Assembly: GCA_964448095.1 (NCBI GenBank)
Contig: CAYUUT010000001.1
Coordinates: 29,067 to 93,066, forward strand
Length of the DNA stretch: 64,000 bases
Direction: 5' to 3'
Source: an uncultured Candidatus Saccharibacteria bacterium
Lineage (GTDB): Bacteria > Patescibacteriota > Saccharimonadia > Saccharimonadales > UBA10212
Shown here: positions 1 through 7,634 of the stretch, one piece after another
Layout of the letters: every line of letters begins with the position of its first letter
How positions within the stretch are numbered: the first letter of the stretch is position 1
The notes under the pieces: model-generated
Databases searched by the model: none
The model's input: the letters and a program-made list of their open reading frames with translations, nothing else
Told to the model about the DNA's origin: nothing
Program-made: the position numbers and the translations under genes

Positions 1-242
1 ACAGCTACGGCTACAGTAATGCCCATATCGAAACAATTTTGCAAAAGTGGCTTAAAAATATTGGCTACACCGACCAGCAGGTGAGCTCAATCGCTGCGGC
101 GTCACATTCACAATCAGTAAAAGATAGCCTAGCCCGTCAGAGCAATATTGTTAAAAATCAAATTAAAACCGTTAAAATCCCAACCCTACTGCTTAACACC
201 CGCCGCTATGACGGTGTGGTCAGCGCTAAAAAACTAGAGTAA
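1..242 (+). CDS. C-terminal fragment of a protein whose 5' end lies outside the window; possibly DsbA-like thiol-disulfide oxidoreductase
   Basis: Frame 3 is open from base 3 (SYGYSNAHIETI precedes the tracked TTG at 39) to the stop at 240-242. The tail VKIPTLLLNTRRYDGVVSAKKLE weakly resembles the cis-Pro loop and C-terminus of DsbA-family proteins. Confidence 0.3.
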   Translation, partial: SYGYSNAHIETILQKWLKNIGYTDQQVSSIAAASHSQSVKDSLARQSNIVKNQIKTVKIPTLLLNTRRYDGVVSAKKLE

Positions 243-271
243 ATGCATCAAAGTTAAAGCGTGGGCTTAGT

Positions 272-952
272 TTATTGCCTAAAATCTGGGTTGGCGGCTT
301 TGGCCATCAAATCAAGTCTTGCCAGGTCGGCTTTTTCGTCTTCAGCGTCGTAAGATAGAAGCTGCTGCCAATAGAACGGCAGTAGTGGATGGAAATCAGG
401 AAACGGCTGCTCCTGGCCGGTCTGGTGGCGTTTTAGTAGTGATCCAAGAGTATGTAGTTCGTGTGCGTCGCCTGCCGGGGTAACCGTCGCGACCAACATG
501 TCGGGCGAAGTTAACTCTGATTGCTCAAACATCGGCCTGCATCTGTAACAAGGGTGTAGGGTTGGGGACTCTACGCCGCTTGCATCAACCTGCAGCGGTC
601 CGCTAATAGCCATTGCCAGTACTTTATTAAATCCACGGGCCTGTATGGTTTCCAACGCCCGCTTTTCCGCACAATTCCAGGGAGCTCCCTCGTAAGGCGT
701 AAAGTTGCCGCCAAAATATATTCCTACGCGCTTGCCCGGCTCATCCACCGCATAAGCGGCGCAGCCAACCTTAAAGCCACGGTGGGATTCACCCAGTTCC
801 TCGGCCGCCTGTTGCGATAAGTCCACAATTCTACAAAGCGATTGCACGGCCAGATAACGAATATCAACATTACCGTTAAACCGGCCAATATCATGCCAAC
901 CTTCAACAAACCGCGGCCTGTCGCCAGGATATAAAGCATTTGGAGTAATCAT
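272..952 (-). CDS. cytidine deaminase-fold zinc enzyme (CDA-like) with N- and C-terminal extensions
   Basis: Zinc and catalytic motifs NCAEKRAL (C-A-E) and HPCYRCRPMF (PCxxC) are present, with FKVGCAAYAV upstream. An extended -10 (TGTTATAAT on the minus strand, about 960-968) ends 7 nt before the ATG, suggesting a leaderless mRNA. Confidence 0.7.
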   Translation of the reverse strand: MITPNALYPGDRPRFVEGWHDIGRFNGNVDIRYLAVQSLCRIVDLSQQAAEELGESHRGFKVGCAAYAVDEPGKRVGIYFGGNFTPYEGAPWNCAEKRALETIQARGFNKVLAMAISGPLQVDASGVESPTLHPCYRCRPMFEQSELTSPDMLVATVTPAGDAHELHTLGSLLKRHQTGQEQPFPDFHPLLPFYWQQLLSYDAEDEKADLARLDLMAKAANPDFRQ

Positions 953-1040
953 TTAGTATATTATACAACCTAATGGAGTATTAAGCAATATAAGTATGTC
1001 TCCGAAGAGCACAGTCTCTGCAGCTTGAGCCCAAGCCCTA

Positions 1041-1367
1041 TTATGCCCCAGTCTTAAATGGGTCGATAGGGAGCTCGCAGGCGGAGGCTCCAAGGCGCTG
1101 TAGTTTATCTTTGGGTGGCAGCGCTACGGCCATTGGGTCATCTTGAAAAGTCGATTCTTCTGGTTCTGCTACAACACTGCCAGCATTTATACTATTCCTG
1201 ACCTGCCGCAATATCGTCGAAACCCTTTGCCTGCTGTCTAAGCCGTTCAAAGCAATTCTGGCTCCTCTGCGAAGTTTATTGTGGCTCCAGAAGGCCGGGC
1301 GGCCGCCCCTTCGTTTTAACTCTTGTGATTCGTCCAGCTCGTCCAAAGGATAGGCTAGCTCTGTCAT
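1041..1367 (-). CDS. hypothetical protein
   Basis: 108-aa ORF with no motif I recognise. Confidence 0.35.
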   Translation of the reverse strand: MTELAYPLDELDESQELKRRGGRPAFWSHNKLRRGARIALNGLDSRQRVSTILRQVRNSINAGSVVAEPEESTFQDDPMAVALPPKDKLQRLGASACELPIDPFKTGA

Positions 1368-1441
1368 AGAAACAGCCTATAACCGAACATTAAATTTTTC
1401 AAGCTCAGTAGCTAGTTCGTAAGTTAAAGCACCAAGCGGAT

Positions 1442-1783
1442 TTAGTCTGAGGGCTCCCACAGCTCTATGCGGTTGCCTTCCAGGTCTTCAATCGAAGCAA
1501 AGCGGCCCATGCCCTCGTATGTTTCAATATCTTTAACAACTTTTACCTTGCTAGCCCTAAGTTTTTTGAGCATTCCGTCTAGGTCATCTACCCTAAAGTT
1601 CAGCATAAATTGCTGTGATTTCCCAAAATAATCGCTATCTTGGGACATCGGCGCAAAGGCGGTTGGGCCGGCTTTCTGCTCCCATTTATAGCCGTTGATG
1701 CCTAGGTGCTTCTCGTACCATTTGCTCAGCGCCTCTGGGTCTTTCGCCCTAAACATAACGCCGCCTATGCCCGTAACTTTCAT
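1442..1783 (-). CDS. VOC-family (glyoxalase/bleomycin-resistance fold) protein
   Basis: GGVMFRAKDPEALSKWYEKHLG ... GRFASIEDLEGNRIELWEP is typical of small VOC/glyoxalase-fold proteins. Confidence 0.75.
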   Translation of the reverse strand: MKVTGIGGVMFRAKDPEALSKWYEKHLGINGYKWEQKAGPTAFAPMSQDSDYFGKSQQFMLNFRVDDLDGMLKKLRASKVKVVKDIETYEGMGRFASIEDLEGNRIELWEPSD

Positions 1784-1784
1784 T

Positions 1785-1994
1785 CTAAGACTTACCGTTT
1801 AGGTACTTACCGGCAACACTGAGAGCTAAAGAGGTAAGGATAACAAAAACGGTGGCCATCAGTAGTCTCATAATTACCCTGTTGAAACCAGACATGTCAT
1901 TGTCATTATCAGGCATTGTTAGTACTTGTATTACGCCTAAAACACCAAAGACTATTGAAGCACTCATAAAAACTCGTGTGGCTATTTTTTGCAT
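1785..1994 (-). CDS. small membrane protein (2 predicted TM helices)
   Basis: 69-aa ORF with two hydrophobic stretches. Its stop abuts the start of the VOC gene. Confidence 0.4.
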   Translation of the reverse strand: MQKIATRVFMSASIVFGVLGVIQVLTMPDNDNDMSGFNRVIMRLLMATVFVILTSLALSVAGKYLNGKS

Positions 1995-2084
1995 ACCTAT
2001 ATTGTATCAATGCCGATAGAAGGCAGGCATATATTTCTCCCTGACAAGAGTTATTTGACAGGGAGATTATGCTACTATTAGCTC

Positions 2085-2426
2085 ATGGCGATGCAGGTTT
2101 GGCCTGAGCGAGACGACATACACCCAGCCTCTTATTTACTCTATGCAGTCGGCTGGTGGTTAACTGGAACAATCGTAACCTTTGTCTTAGTAGGCTACAC
2201 TTTATACACTAACGTAACGGCTGATGGCAGCCACGTAAAAATCTATAATTGCACTCAGCAGGAAGCTGACGCAGGACAGGCGTGTACTTATCAAACTGCT
2301 GGTAAATATTTCCAGCAAACCGTACACGGTGATCTATGGATAGATGGATTTATCGTAGGAACGATTGCGGTCTTATCTTACGGATACCGCCTAGCGACAC
2401 ACCGCCGCTATAAAGACGAAGACTAG
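2085..2426 (+). CDS. hypothetical membrane protein
   Basis: 113-aa ORF with hydrophobic segments (YLLYAVGWWLTGTIVTFVLVGY and GFIVGTIAVLSYGY). Confidence 0.4.
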   Translation: MAMQVWPERDDIHPASYLLYAVGWWLTGTIVTFVLVGYTLYTNVTADGSHVKIYNCTQQEADAGQACTYQTAGKYFQQTVHGDLWIDGFIVGTIAVLSYGYRLATHRRYKDED

Positions 2427-2511
2427 TGTAGTACTACTAGACCTAGAAAAGTTAAAGCGGCTTACGAAAAATCCAAGTCAAAGCGTCAAGCGCTTACCCG
2501 TGTATAAAAAG

Positions 2512-2979
2512 CTAGTACGGCCGCTGCAATGCAATAATAAATATAAGTAGAGTCAGGACTAGAGAGGTCCAAGAATATGCCATTTTAGTAAGTTTCCGGT
2601 CTATAAATAACAGGAAGATATGGGCCATCATATAGACCAAGAATACAGAGTAGAGAACGTGGACATAATTCAGGTGATGAAATGCGAAGTTCGTTATAAA
2701 AACAAAAATTACTGCAGCAAAAGGCGACCCGAACTCTCCTGCATATGGCCTTAACTTATCTTCTGCATGAAATAATCTGAATATGTCTGTAAAGACAGCC
2801 CCAGCAAGACCGAACACAATAAGAAAAATTAGGTATGCGAAAAGGATAGAAATAATGTAAAACTCTACGCCTCTTAACAATCCTCTTTCGTGGATTCCAG
2901 CAAACAATAATACTAGTGTGGCTGATATTCCAAGGAGTTTCAGCCCGCTCATTCCAAGCATTAATTTTTTACTATGCAT
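2512..2979 (-). CDS. hypothetical polytopic membrane protein
   Basis: 155-aa ORF that is almost entirely hydrophobic helices, in an AT-rich region. Confidence 0.5.
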   Translation of the reverse strand: MHSKKLMLGMSGLKLLGISATLVLLFAGIHERGLLRGVEFYIISILFAYLIFLIVFGLAGAVFTDIFRLFHAEDKLRPYAGEFGSPFAAVIFVFITNFAFHHLNYVHVLYSVFLVYMMAHIFLLFIDRKLTKMAYSWTSLVLTLLIFIIALQRPY

Positions 2980-3160
2980 AACTAAACTATATTCCAGCTT
3001 TCAACTTTTTCACATAATTTCTTTTATGTGATTTTCTGACTTTGCATTGGGCAGTCCTTAGTGGACATACTTCGAACTCAATTTGACTTGCCGCTAGTAG
3101 TCCGCAGAGGTTATGCACTATAATAAAATTGTAAGTGGGCAGTAGGAAGGTTATCCGATT

Positions 3161-4333
3161 ATGTTCGACAAAATTTTACAATGGCCGAACCCTATAACGC
3201 CCGAGAACTGGAGAAAGACGGATGTTTCTGAGATATATGATGCTTCCGTCCACGGTGCCGTACCTCAGCTCCAAACGTTCATAAAACTACTGACATTCAT
3301 TCAGTCAGGCATTGGAGCTTGCTCTGATCCTAAGGCCTTTGAGAACTGGAGCTTCAATAACAGCTATGATAATTTGCTGGCAACCTGGATTGATCTCCTA
3401 AATAGGTTAAGAGACACCGCGCAAGGACAGCCCGAATGGCTTCACCAAGGGTACTGGAATTTTAACGGTAGCCAGGTTGGCCCATGGAATGTGAGTCTAG
3501 ATACCTCTACCGGAAATTTTACTGTCAATAATGACCCGAATCTCCTGCCCGACGTATCTAAGCAGCAGGATTTCGGCCTATTTTACGAAGTTGGGCGCGA
3601 GCTTCAAAAACTGAATAATCTTGTCCGCGGTGGCGTAAATTCCGCTCTAACTAAAGCATCTTTGAAAAGGATTGAAGATAGGACAGAAGAAACTATTGGC
3701 GATATCAATTCTAAGCTTGAGGCGGCAACGGCCGACAAAGTTGCTCAAATCAAAACTGTTCAAGCTTCTAAAGACTGGAGCGAACACTACGAAGATCGCT
3801 GCTCTGAACTTACCAAAATAATTGATGGTGACGATAAGAGCAAGAAAAAAGGATTAAAGCAAATTCGAGATTACTGGTATAGGTGGCTAGTTGCAACATT
3901 TGTTGTGTATGCAGTAGGAGCCTTGTTATTAATTCACGGTTGGTGGATTTTTAAGATAAATTCGTCTATTGACGCAACAGCTACGGGTTTCGGAAAATAT
4001 TTTATAGGACTAACCTTGTATGGTGTTATCACTGGCGTATACATTGGCTACGCTTACTCAGTAAGACAATTAAAAGTTAATCAGAACTTGCTCGAGCAGT
4101 ATAGGCATCGTTCAATTGTAGCTAAGACAATAGAGGGTGTAGTGCTTGCGGTTATTAAGACAAAAGAAGAAACAGCCGCTCCGGGAGAAGAAAGTGTTCT
4201 TAGAGATGAAGACCTCGAGCAATTAGTAAAGGTTGCCGCGACTTCTATGTTCGAGTATCGTCCTATCGGCCATCTTTCAACAAAAGAAGGAACGAGTGTA
4301 ATTAGCGATTTGTTAAGCGGTCGCAGTAGCTAG
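3161..4333 (+). CDS. hypothetical protein: large soluble/coiled-coil N-terminal region followed by 2 TM helices and a short C-terminal domain
   Basis: 390-aa ORF. TM candidates are WLVATFVVYAVGALLLIHGWWIF and YFIGLTLYGVITGVYIGYAYSV. There is a charged helical segment at about aa 160-240. A GGAAGG lies before the ATG. The gene is AT-rich. Confidence 0.6.
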   Translation: MFDKILQWPNPITPENWRKTDVSEIYDASVHGAVPQLQTFIKLLTFIQSGIGACSDPKAFENWSFNNSYDNLLATWIDLLNRLRDTAQGQPEWLHQGYWNFNGSQVGPWNVSLDTSTGNFTVNNDPNLLPDVSKQQDFGLFYEVGRELQKLNNLVRGGVNSALTKASLKRIEDRTEETIGDINSKLEAATADKVAQIKTVQASKDWSEHYEDRCSELTKIIDGDDKSKKKGLKQIRDYWYRWLVATFVVYAVGALLLIHGWWIFKINSSIDATATGFGKYFIGLTLYGVITGVYIGYAYSVRQLKVNQNLLEQYRHRSIVAKTIEGVVLAVIKTKEETAAPGEESVLRDEDLEQLVKVAATSMFEYRPIGHLSTKEGTSVISDLLSGRSS

Positions 4334-5454
4334 GTCGGCGTATATAAATTTTTGGATAATGAGTGTTTTGTCAGAATTTTCATTCTTGAAACTCTGAAAG
4401 TTCTATCGGCGTGGTCTAGTTCGCAGAATGCATTCACATAGACCTTCTTCTTATTAACAATCCTGCCCATGTAACGATAGCCCTTATAGATGTCTTTCGG
4501 GTGAATCACTCTATAAGAATGTAGGCCATCGCGGTCGGTATAGCTTATTTGAACTCCTGTTTTATTTTTCAAGGCCGTTGAAAGTGTCTTTATCTTTATT
4601 GTAGGTTCATAGTTTTCTCCATAATCGTCCATGGCATCAAACTTGCGATCTAGAAAATTACGATAGTGCTTGTCTTCATGGCAATCCTTACAAAGCGTTT
4701 GTAGGTTGCTCATGGCGTTTGTTCCGCCTAGTCTTAGAGCAAGTTTGTGGTCAACAGTCAGATTTGTATGCGACCCACAAACTGCGCACGTGTAGTTATC
4801 TCGCTGAAAAACTCTACTCCTTAACTCGCCCCATTTACTGTCTTGGCTAAGGCCTCTTCCACCAATCGGTGCGGTCCAGACATTTGCTTGTACTGGAACC
4901 CGTACCTCCGGCTCCTCTTTTTTGGTGATTTTATCGAAAGACTCACAACCCTCATCTAAATTACAAAATTTAGGATTTGAAATCTGAAACTGGCCTCTCT
5001 TAAGTTCATAATTTCCTCTGAGTTCATAAACAACACCTCTTTTAATTAACAGAGCAACATTAACCGCAAACCAAACTACTCTTACATTCCCAGTCTCATC
5101 TGAAAATACGCCATTAGTAACTCTTAGCCCATTCCGTACAAAGCGAGACGTTAGCTGTTGGAATGTGCCATGTAGATGCACATGCCCTGGCCTTAGTGCA
5201 TTTACATAGTCCAAGCCTGGGTATACTAGCTTGGATGAACGAAACATTTCTTCTATTTCCTCAGCCTCTGTATCCGAGTCATCTAGTGTTCTATAACTAA
5301 CCTTAACGCTGGAGTTATGGGGCAACTTTCTCTTGCTAGATGCAATATTTTTTGTGCCAAAAAGAAAGCTCAATAGTTTATATAAAAATGTTTCGTTATC
5401 TGCCATTTCCCTAGACTCATTAATCTGATTAAATTTTACTCGCAAGGGGCGCAT
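4330..5454 (-). CDS. HNH endonuclease with an N-terminal OB-fold-like domain and a C-terminal WYL-like domain
   Basis: The HNH core is CAVCGSHTNLTVDHKLALRLGGTNAMSNLQTLCKDCHEDKH. The segment VHLHGTF...FSDETGNVRVVWFA...GVVYELRGNYELKRGQFQISNP looks like a RecG-wedge/tRNA_anti type OB fold. The C-terminus ISYTDRDGLHSYRVIHP...VYVNAFCELDHADRTFRVSRMKIL follows the WYL-domain pattern. Confidence 0.7.
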   Translation of the reverse strand: MRPLRVKFNQINESREMADNETFLYKLLSFLFGTKNIASSKRKLPHNSSVKVSYRTLDDSDTEAEEIEEMFRSSKLVYPGLDYVNALRPGHVHLHGTFQQLTSRFVRNGLRVTNGVFSDETGNVRVVWFAVNVALLIKRGVVYELRGNYELKRGQFQISNPKFCNLDEGCESFDKITKKEEPEVRVPVQANVWTAPIGGRGLSQDSKWGELRSRVFQRDNYTCAVCGSHTNLTVDHKLALRLGGTNAMSNLQTLCKDCHEDKHYRNFLDRKFDAMDDYGENYEPTIKIKTLSTALKNKTGVQISYTDRDGLHSYRVIHPKDIYKGYRYMGRIVNKKKVYVNAFCELDHADRTFRVSRMKILTKHSLSKNLYTPT

Positions 5455-5533
5455 TTGATAAATTATTCCAGCAGCAACAGTAAACTGATGACTACGAGTC
5501 CTAGTGCGTAATAATAATTGAGCGACATACGAG

Positions 5534-5558
5534 AAAACCGCCCACTCCGGGCGGTTTT
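5534..5558 (-). terminator. rho-independent terminator downstream of the 234-aa cassette ORF
   Basis: Stem CCGCCC/GGGCGG with a 5-nt loop, flanked by AAAA and TTTT. On the minus strand the hairpin is followed by UUUUCUC. Confidence 0.6.
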
Positions 5559-5571
5559 CTTTAGAACTCTT

Positions 5572-5599
5572 GAACTAAAACTTAGGCTAGTTCGACTGT
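5572..5599. repeat. direct repeat copy A (28 bp, identical to the rplL 3' end copy at 6384-6411)
   Basis: GAACTAAAACTTAGGCTAGTTCGACTGT occurs exactly twice. Weaker similarity continues for about 15 nt (GCCGGCTT shared). Confidence 0.9.
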
Positions 5600-5612
5600 T
5601 AAGCCGGCTTTC

Positions 5613-6317
5613 TTAACCTGGCAGAGTATCTTCGGTGTCGTGTTCTGAGCGGGCATAGGCTATATCAACCCAGTCTTGGCCTTCTGGAGTGGCATCTAGT
5701 TTCCTTAGAACGTCCCAATCTTTGGAGAATGGGGTTACAAAAAATCTTTTGCCGTCGTGATAACCCCTAATAGGCACCCACTTTACAGTAGCCGCTACTG
5801 TCATAGCCTGAACAAGGTTTTTGGGGGTTACTCCCTCTATGTGTGAAGGAGCCTGCAGAACGGGAGATTTTACAAAAGCCGCGGCAATAGACTTGCCCTG
5901 CTCAGCGGACTGACGGTAATGTTGCTCTACGCCTTCAAAGCCAGGTATTAAGGCTGCCAATGTAACTGCGCTCATGGGCTCAACTTGGCTTACCGCAATA
6001 GCGTAAGTATCGGATAGCACCTCGCCGTGAGCCCGGTCTATGGCTGCAGCTACTTCGTCTTGGGCATCTTTATCTTCTAAAAATTCGCCCCAGCGTGATG
6101 CACGGGCTATGGCGTCGTATAGCATAGTTAGGTCATCCCTATTTCTTCGCGCCCAGGCTTCGGCGTCCTTTAACTCTTCCGTTTCAAGGTAAGTCTCAAA
6201 AGCCTGGTCCATCTGGGCCTGTGTAAAAACACGACCGTCGCTTAATCTATAGCGGCCATCTGGCAACTTAGCAAAACCACCTTCGTTTCCACTAGGAATT
6301 TCACTAGACATTGACAT
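5613..6317 (-). CDS. hypothetical acidic protein (cassette ORF downstream of rplL); probably leaderless from the ATG at 6311
   Basis: 234-aa ORF with no recognised motif. A TTGAAT-N16-TATAAT promoter ends 1 nt upstream of the first ATG, so the third codon (ATG at 6309-6311) is the likelier start. Confidence 0.55.
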   Translation of the reverse strand: MSMSSEIPSGNEGGFAKLPDGRYRLSDGRVFTQAQMDQAFETYLETEELKDAEAWARRNRDDLTMLYDAIARASRWGEFLEDKDAQDEVAAAIDRAHGEVLSDTYAIAVSQVEPMSAVTLAALIPGFEGVEQHYRQSAEQGKSIAAAFVKSPVLQAPSHIEGVTPKNLVQAMTVAATVKWVPIRGYHDGKRFFVTPFSKDWDVLRKLDATPEGQDWVDIAYARSEHDTEDTLPG

Positions 6318-6318
6318 T

Positions 6319-6346
6319 ATTATAACATAACTCTGGTGATATTCAA
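6319..6346 (-). promoter_or_regulatory. sigma70-type promoter for the cassette ORF
   Basis: On the minus strand TTGAAT (6341-6346), a 16-nt spacer and TATAAT (6319-6324), immediately after the rplL terminator. Confidence 0.5.
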
Positions 6347-6369
6347 AAGAACCGCCGGTTTCCCGACGG
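6344..6369 (-). terminator. rho-independent terminator after rplL
   Basis: On the minus-strand RNA a 7-bp stem CCGUCGG/CCGGCGG (one G-U pair) and a GAAA loop are followed by UUCUUUU. The mismatch would be C-A on the plus strand, which supports minus-strand function. Confidence 0.5.
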
Positions 6370-6383
6370 CCCTTTTTGTCTGC

Positions 6384-6411
6384 GAACTAAAACTTAGGCT
6401 AGTTCGACTGT
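6384..6411. repeat. direct repeat copy B, overlapping the last 18 nt of rplL plus 10 nt downstream
   Basis: Exact 28-bp match to 5572-5599. Confidence 0.9.
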
Positions 6412-6918
6412 GGCGCCGGCTTCTTCCAAAGTCTTCTTGGCAGCTTCAGCGTCTTCTTTGCTGGCCTTTTCTAGTACAGGCTTAGGAACGGTGTCTGTGA
6501 TAGCTTTGGCTTCACCCAGGCCTAGACCGGTGATGTCTTTAACAGCTTTGATGACGGCTACTTTTTGGGCGCCGGTATCCTTAAGGATGACGTCAAATTC
6601 GCTCTTTTCGTCGGCGGCTGGAGCGGCATCGCCACCGGCCGGAGCGGCCACAGCGACGGCCAGAGCAGCAGCGCTAACGCCCCAGTGCTCTTCTAAAAGC
6701 TTAACGAACTTGCTGACTTCCAGAGCGCTCATCTTGTCGAGTTTCTCTACCAAGTCTTTGAACTCTTTAGGAACTGCAACATCAGCCTTTTTCTCTTCTT
6801 TGGCTTCTTTCTTGGGCTCTTCAGCCTTAGCTTCGGCCTTGGGGGCTTCTTTGGGCTCTTCGGCAACAGCGGCTGCAGCCTCGGTTACTTCGTCCTTCTT
6901 TACTTCTTCGTCTGCCAT
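6394..6918 (-). CDS. rplL: 50S ribosomal protein bL12 (L7/L12) with a roughly 50-aa Lys/Glu/Ala-rich N-terminal extension
   Basis: [26 protein letters not shown] ... [21 protein letters not shown] ... [10 protein letters not shown]. The gene lies downstream of rplJ. Confidence 0.95.
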   Translation of the reverse strand: MADEEVKKDEVTEAAAAVAEEPKEAPKAEAKAEEPKKEAKEEKKADVAVPKEFKDLVEKLDKMSALEVSKFVKLLEEHWGVSAAALAVAVAAPAGGDAAPAADEKSEFDVILKDTGAQKVAVIKAVKDITGLGLGEAKAITDTVPKPVLEKASKEDAEAAKKTLEEAGATVELA

Positions 6919-6935
6919 AATATCTCCTTTACTTA

Positions 6936-7466
6936 TTAACTTATTGATTCGCTGCGGGCTTCCAGAACGTTCAGGACACTCCGCAAATTGGCATTCATGG
7001 TTCCAACCAGGCCGGATAACGGCGAGGCGATAATACCTACCAGCTGACCACGCAATTGATCCTTGGTGGGCAAGTTAGCGAGCATTTGTACGTCAGCGGC
7101 GCTCAAAACACTGCCATCGGCGCTTAGACCAGCTACAAATTGGATTTGCGGCTGCTCTTTAGCGAAAGTGGCCAAACTTTGGGCGGGAGCGACGTCGTCT
7201 TCGGCGTTGAAGGCATAAAGCAGCTGGCCCTTGAGCAAGCCCGGGTCGACGTCTTTAAAATGTTCGCTGGCGGCCAAAGCTTGTTTGAACAGGCGGTTTT
7301 TGATGACCCGTACGCGCGTGCCGTTTTCGCGGGCGTCACGGCGCAGCTTTTGCATAGCCTGAACTGAAGTACCGGGGTAGATTGCTACCACAGTTAGCTT
7401 AGCCGAATCCAGTAACTCGGTTACTTCGGCGACGACTTCCTTTTTCTTGTCTCTGCTTAGAGCCAT
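6936..7466 (-). CDS. rplJ: 50S ribosomal protein uL10
   Basis: 176-aa ORF directly upstream of rpl[43 protein letters not shown] is typical of L10. Confidence 0.9.
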   Translation of the reverse strand: MALSRDKKKEVVAEVTELLDSAKLTVVAIYPGTSVQAMQKLRRDARENGTRVRVIKNRLFKQALAASEHFKDVDPGLLKGQLLYAFNAEDDVAPAQSLATFAKEQPQIQFVAGLSADGSVLSAADVQMLANLPTKDQLRGQLVGIIASPLSGLVGTMNANLRSVLNVLEARSESIS

Positions 7467-7480
7467 TTTGTGCCTTTCAA

Positions 7481-7513
7481 AATAAAAAATCTTTGGCTTA
7501 CTTGCACCAAAGA
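7481..7513 (-). promoter_or_regulatory. terminator-like hairpin plus U-run inside the rplJ 5' leader (possible L10-leader attenuator)
   Basis: On the minus strand UCUUUGG-10 nt loop-CCAAAGA is followed by UUUUUUAUUUU, about 15 nt before the rplJ ATG. Confidence 0.35.
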
Positions 7514-7520
7514 CTCGACG

Positions 7521-7548
7521 AATATTGCTAAAAATTGATTTTTGGCAA
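7521..7548 (-). promoter_or_regulatory. candidate promoter for rplJ-rplL
   Basis: On the minus strand TTGCCA-N16-AATATT, upstream of the leader hairpin. Confidence 0.3.
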
Positions 7549-7634
7549 CCTCGGTAGCGGATTAAGGCTTTTGGCCGGCTACTGTCTCTGGTATCTAGCT
7601 AAGATTCTAGCAGATAAGGGGTTAGCTGACAAGT

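Noticed and set aside
1411-1430. Possible third, degenerate copy of the rplL-end repeat (GCTAGTTCGTAAGTTAAAGC versus GCTAGTTCGACTGTTAAGCC), which would bracket the whole 1.4-5.6 kb region
   Set aside because: Only a 9-nt exact core plus scattered matches is shared, which is within chance expectation for 64 kb. It also does not coincide with the compositional boundary, since the VOC gene just inside it is not AT-rich.
5463-5528. 21-aa hydrophobic micro-ORF (MSLNYYYALGLVVISLLLLLE) between the cassette terminator and the HNH/WYL gene, considered as a type I toxin or leader peptide
   Set aside because: It is too short to evaluate, has no SD, and I could not identify a convincing promoter. It is kept only as a note.
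6410-7033. 207-aa plus-strand ORF antisense to rplL and the rplJ 3' end
   Set aside because: It is a Ser/Ala/Leu low-complexity mirror image of the Lys/Glu/Ala-rich rplL coding strand. The minus-strand genes are unambiguous ribosomal proteins.
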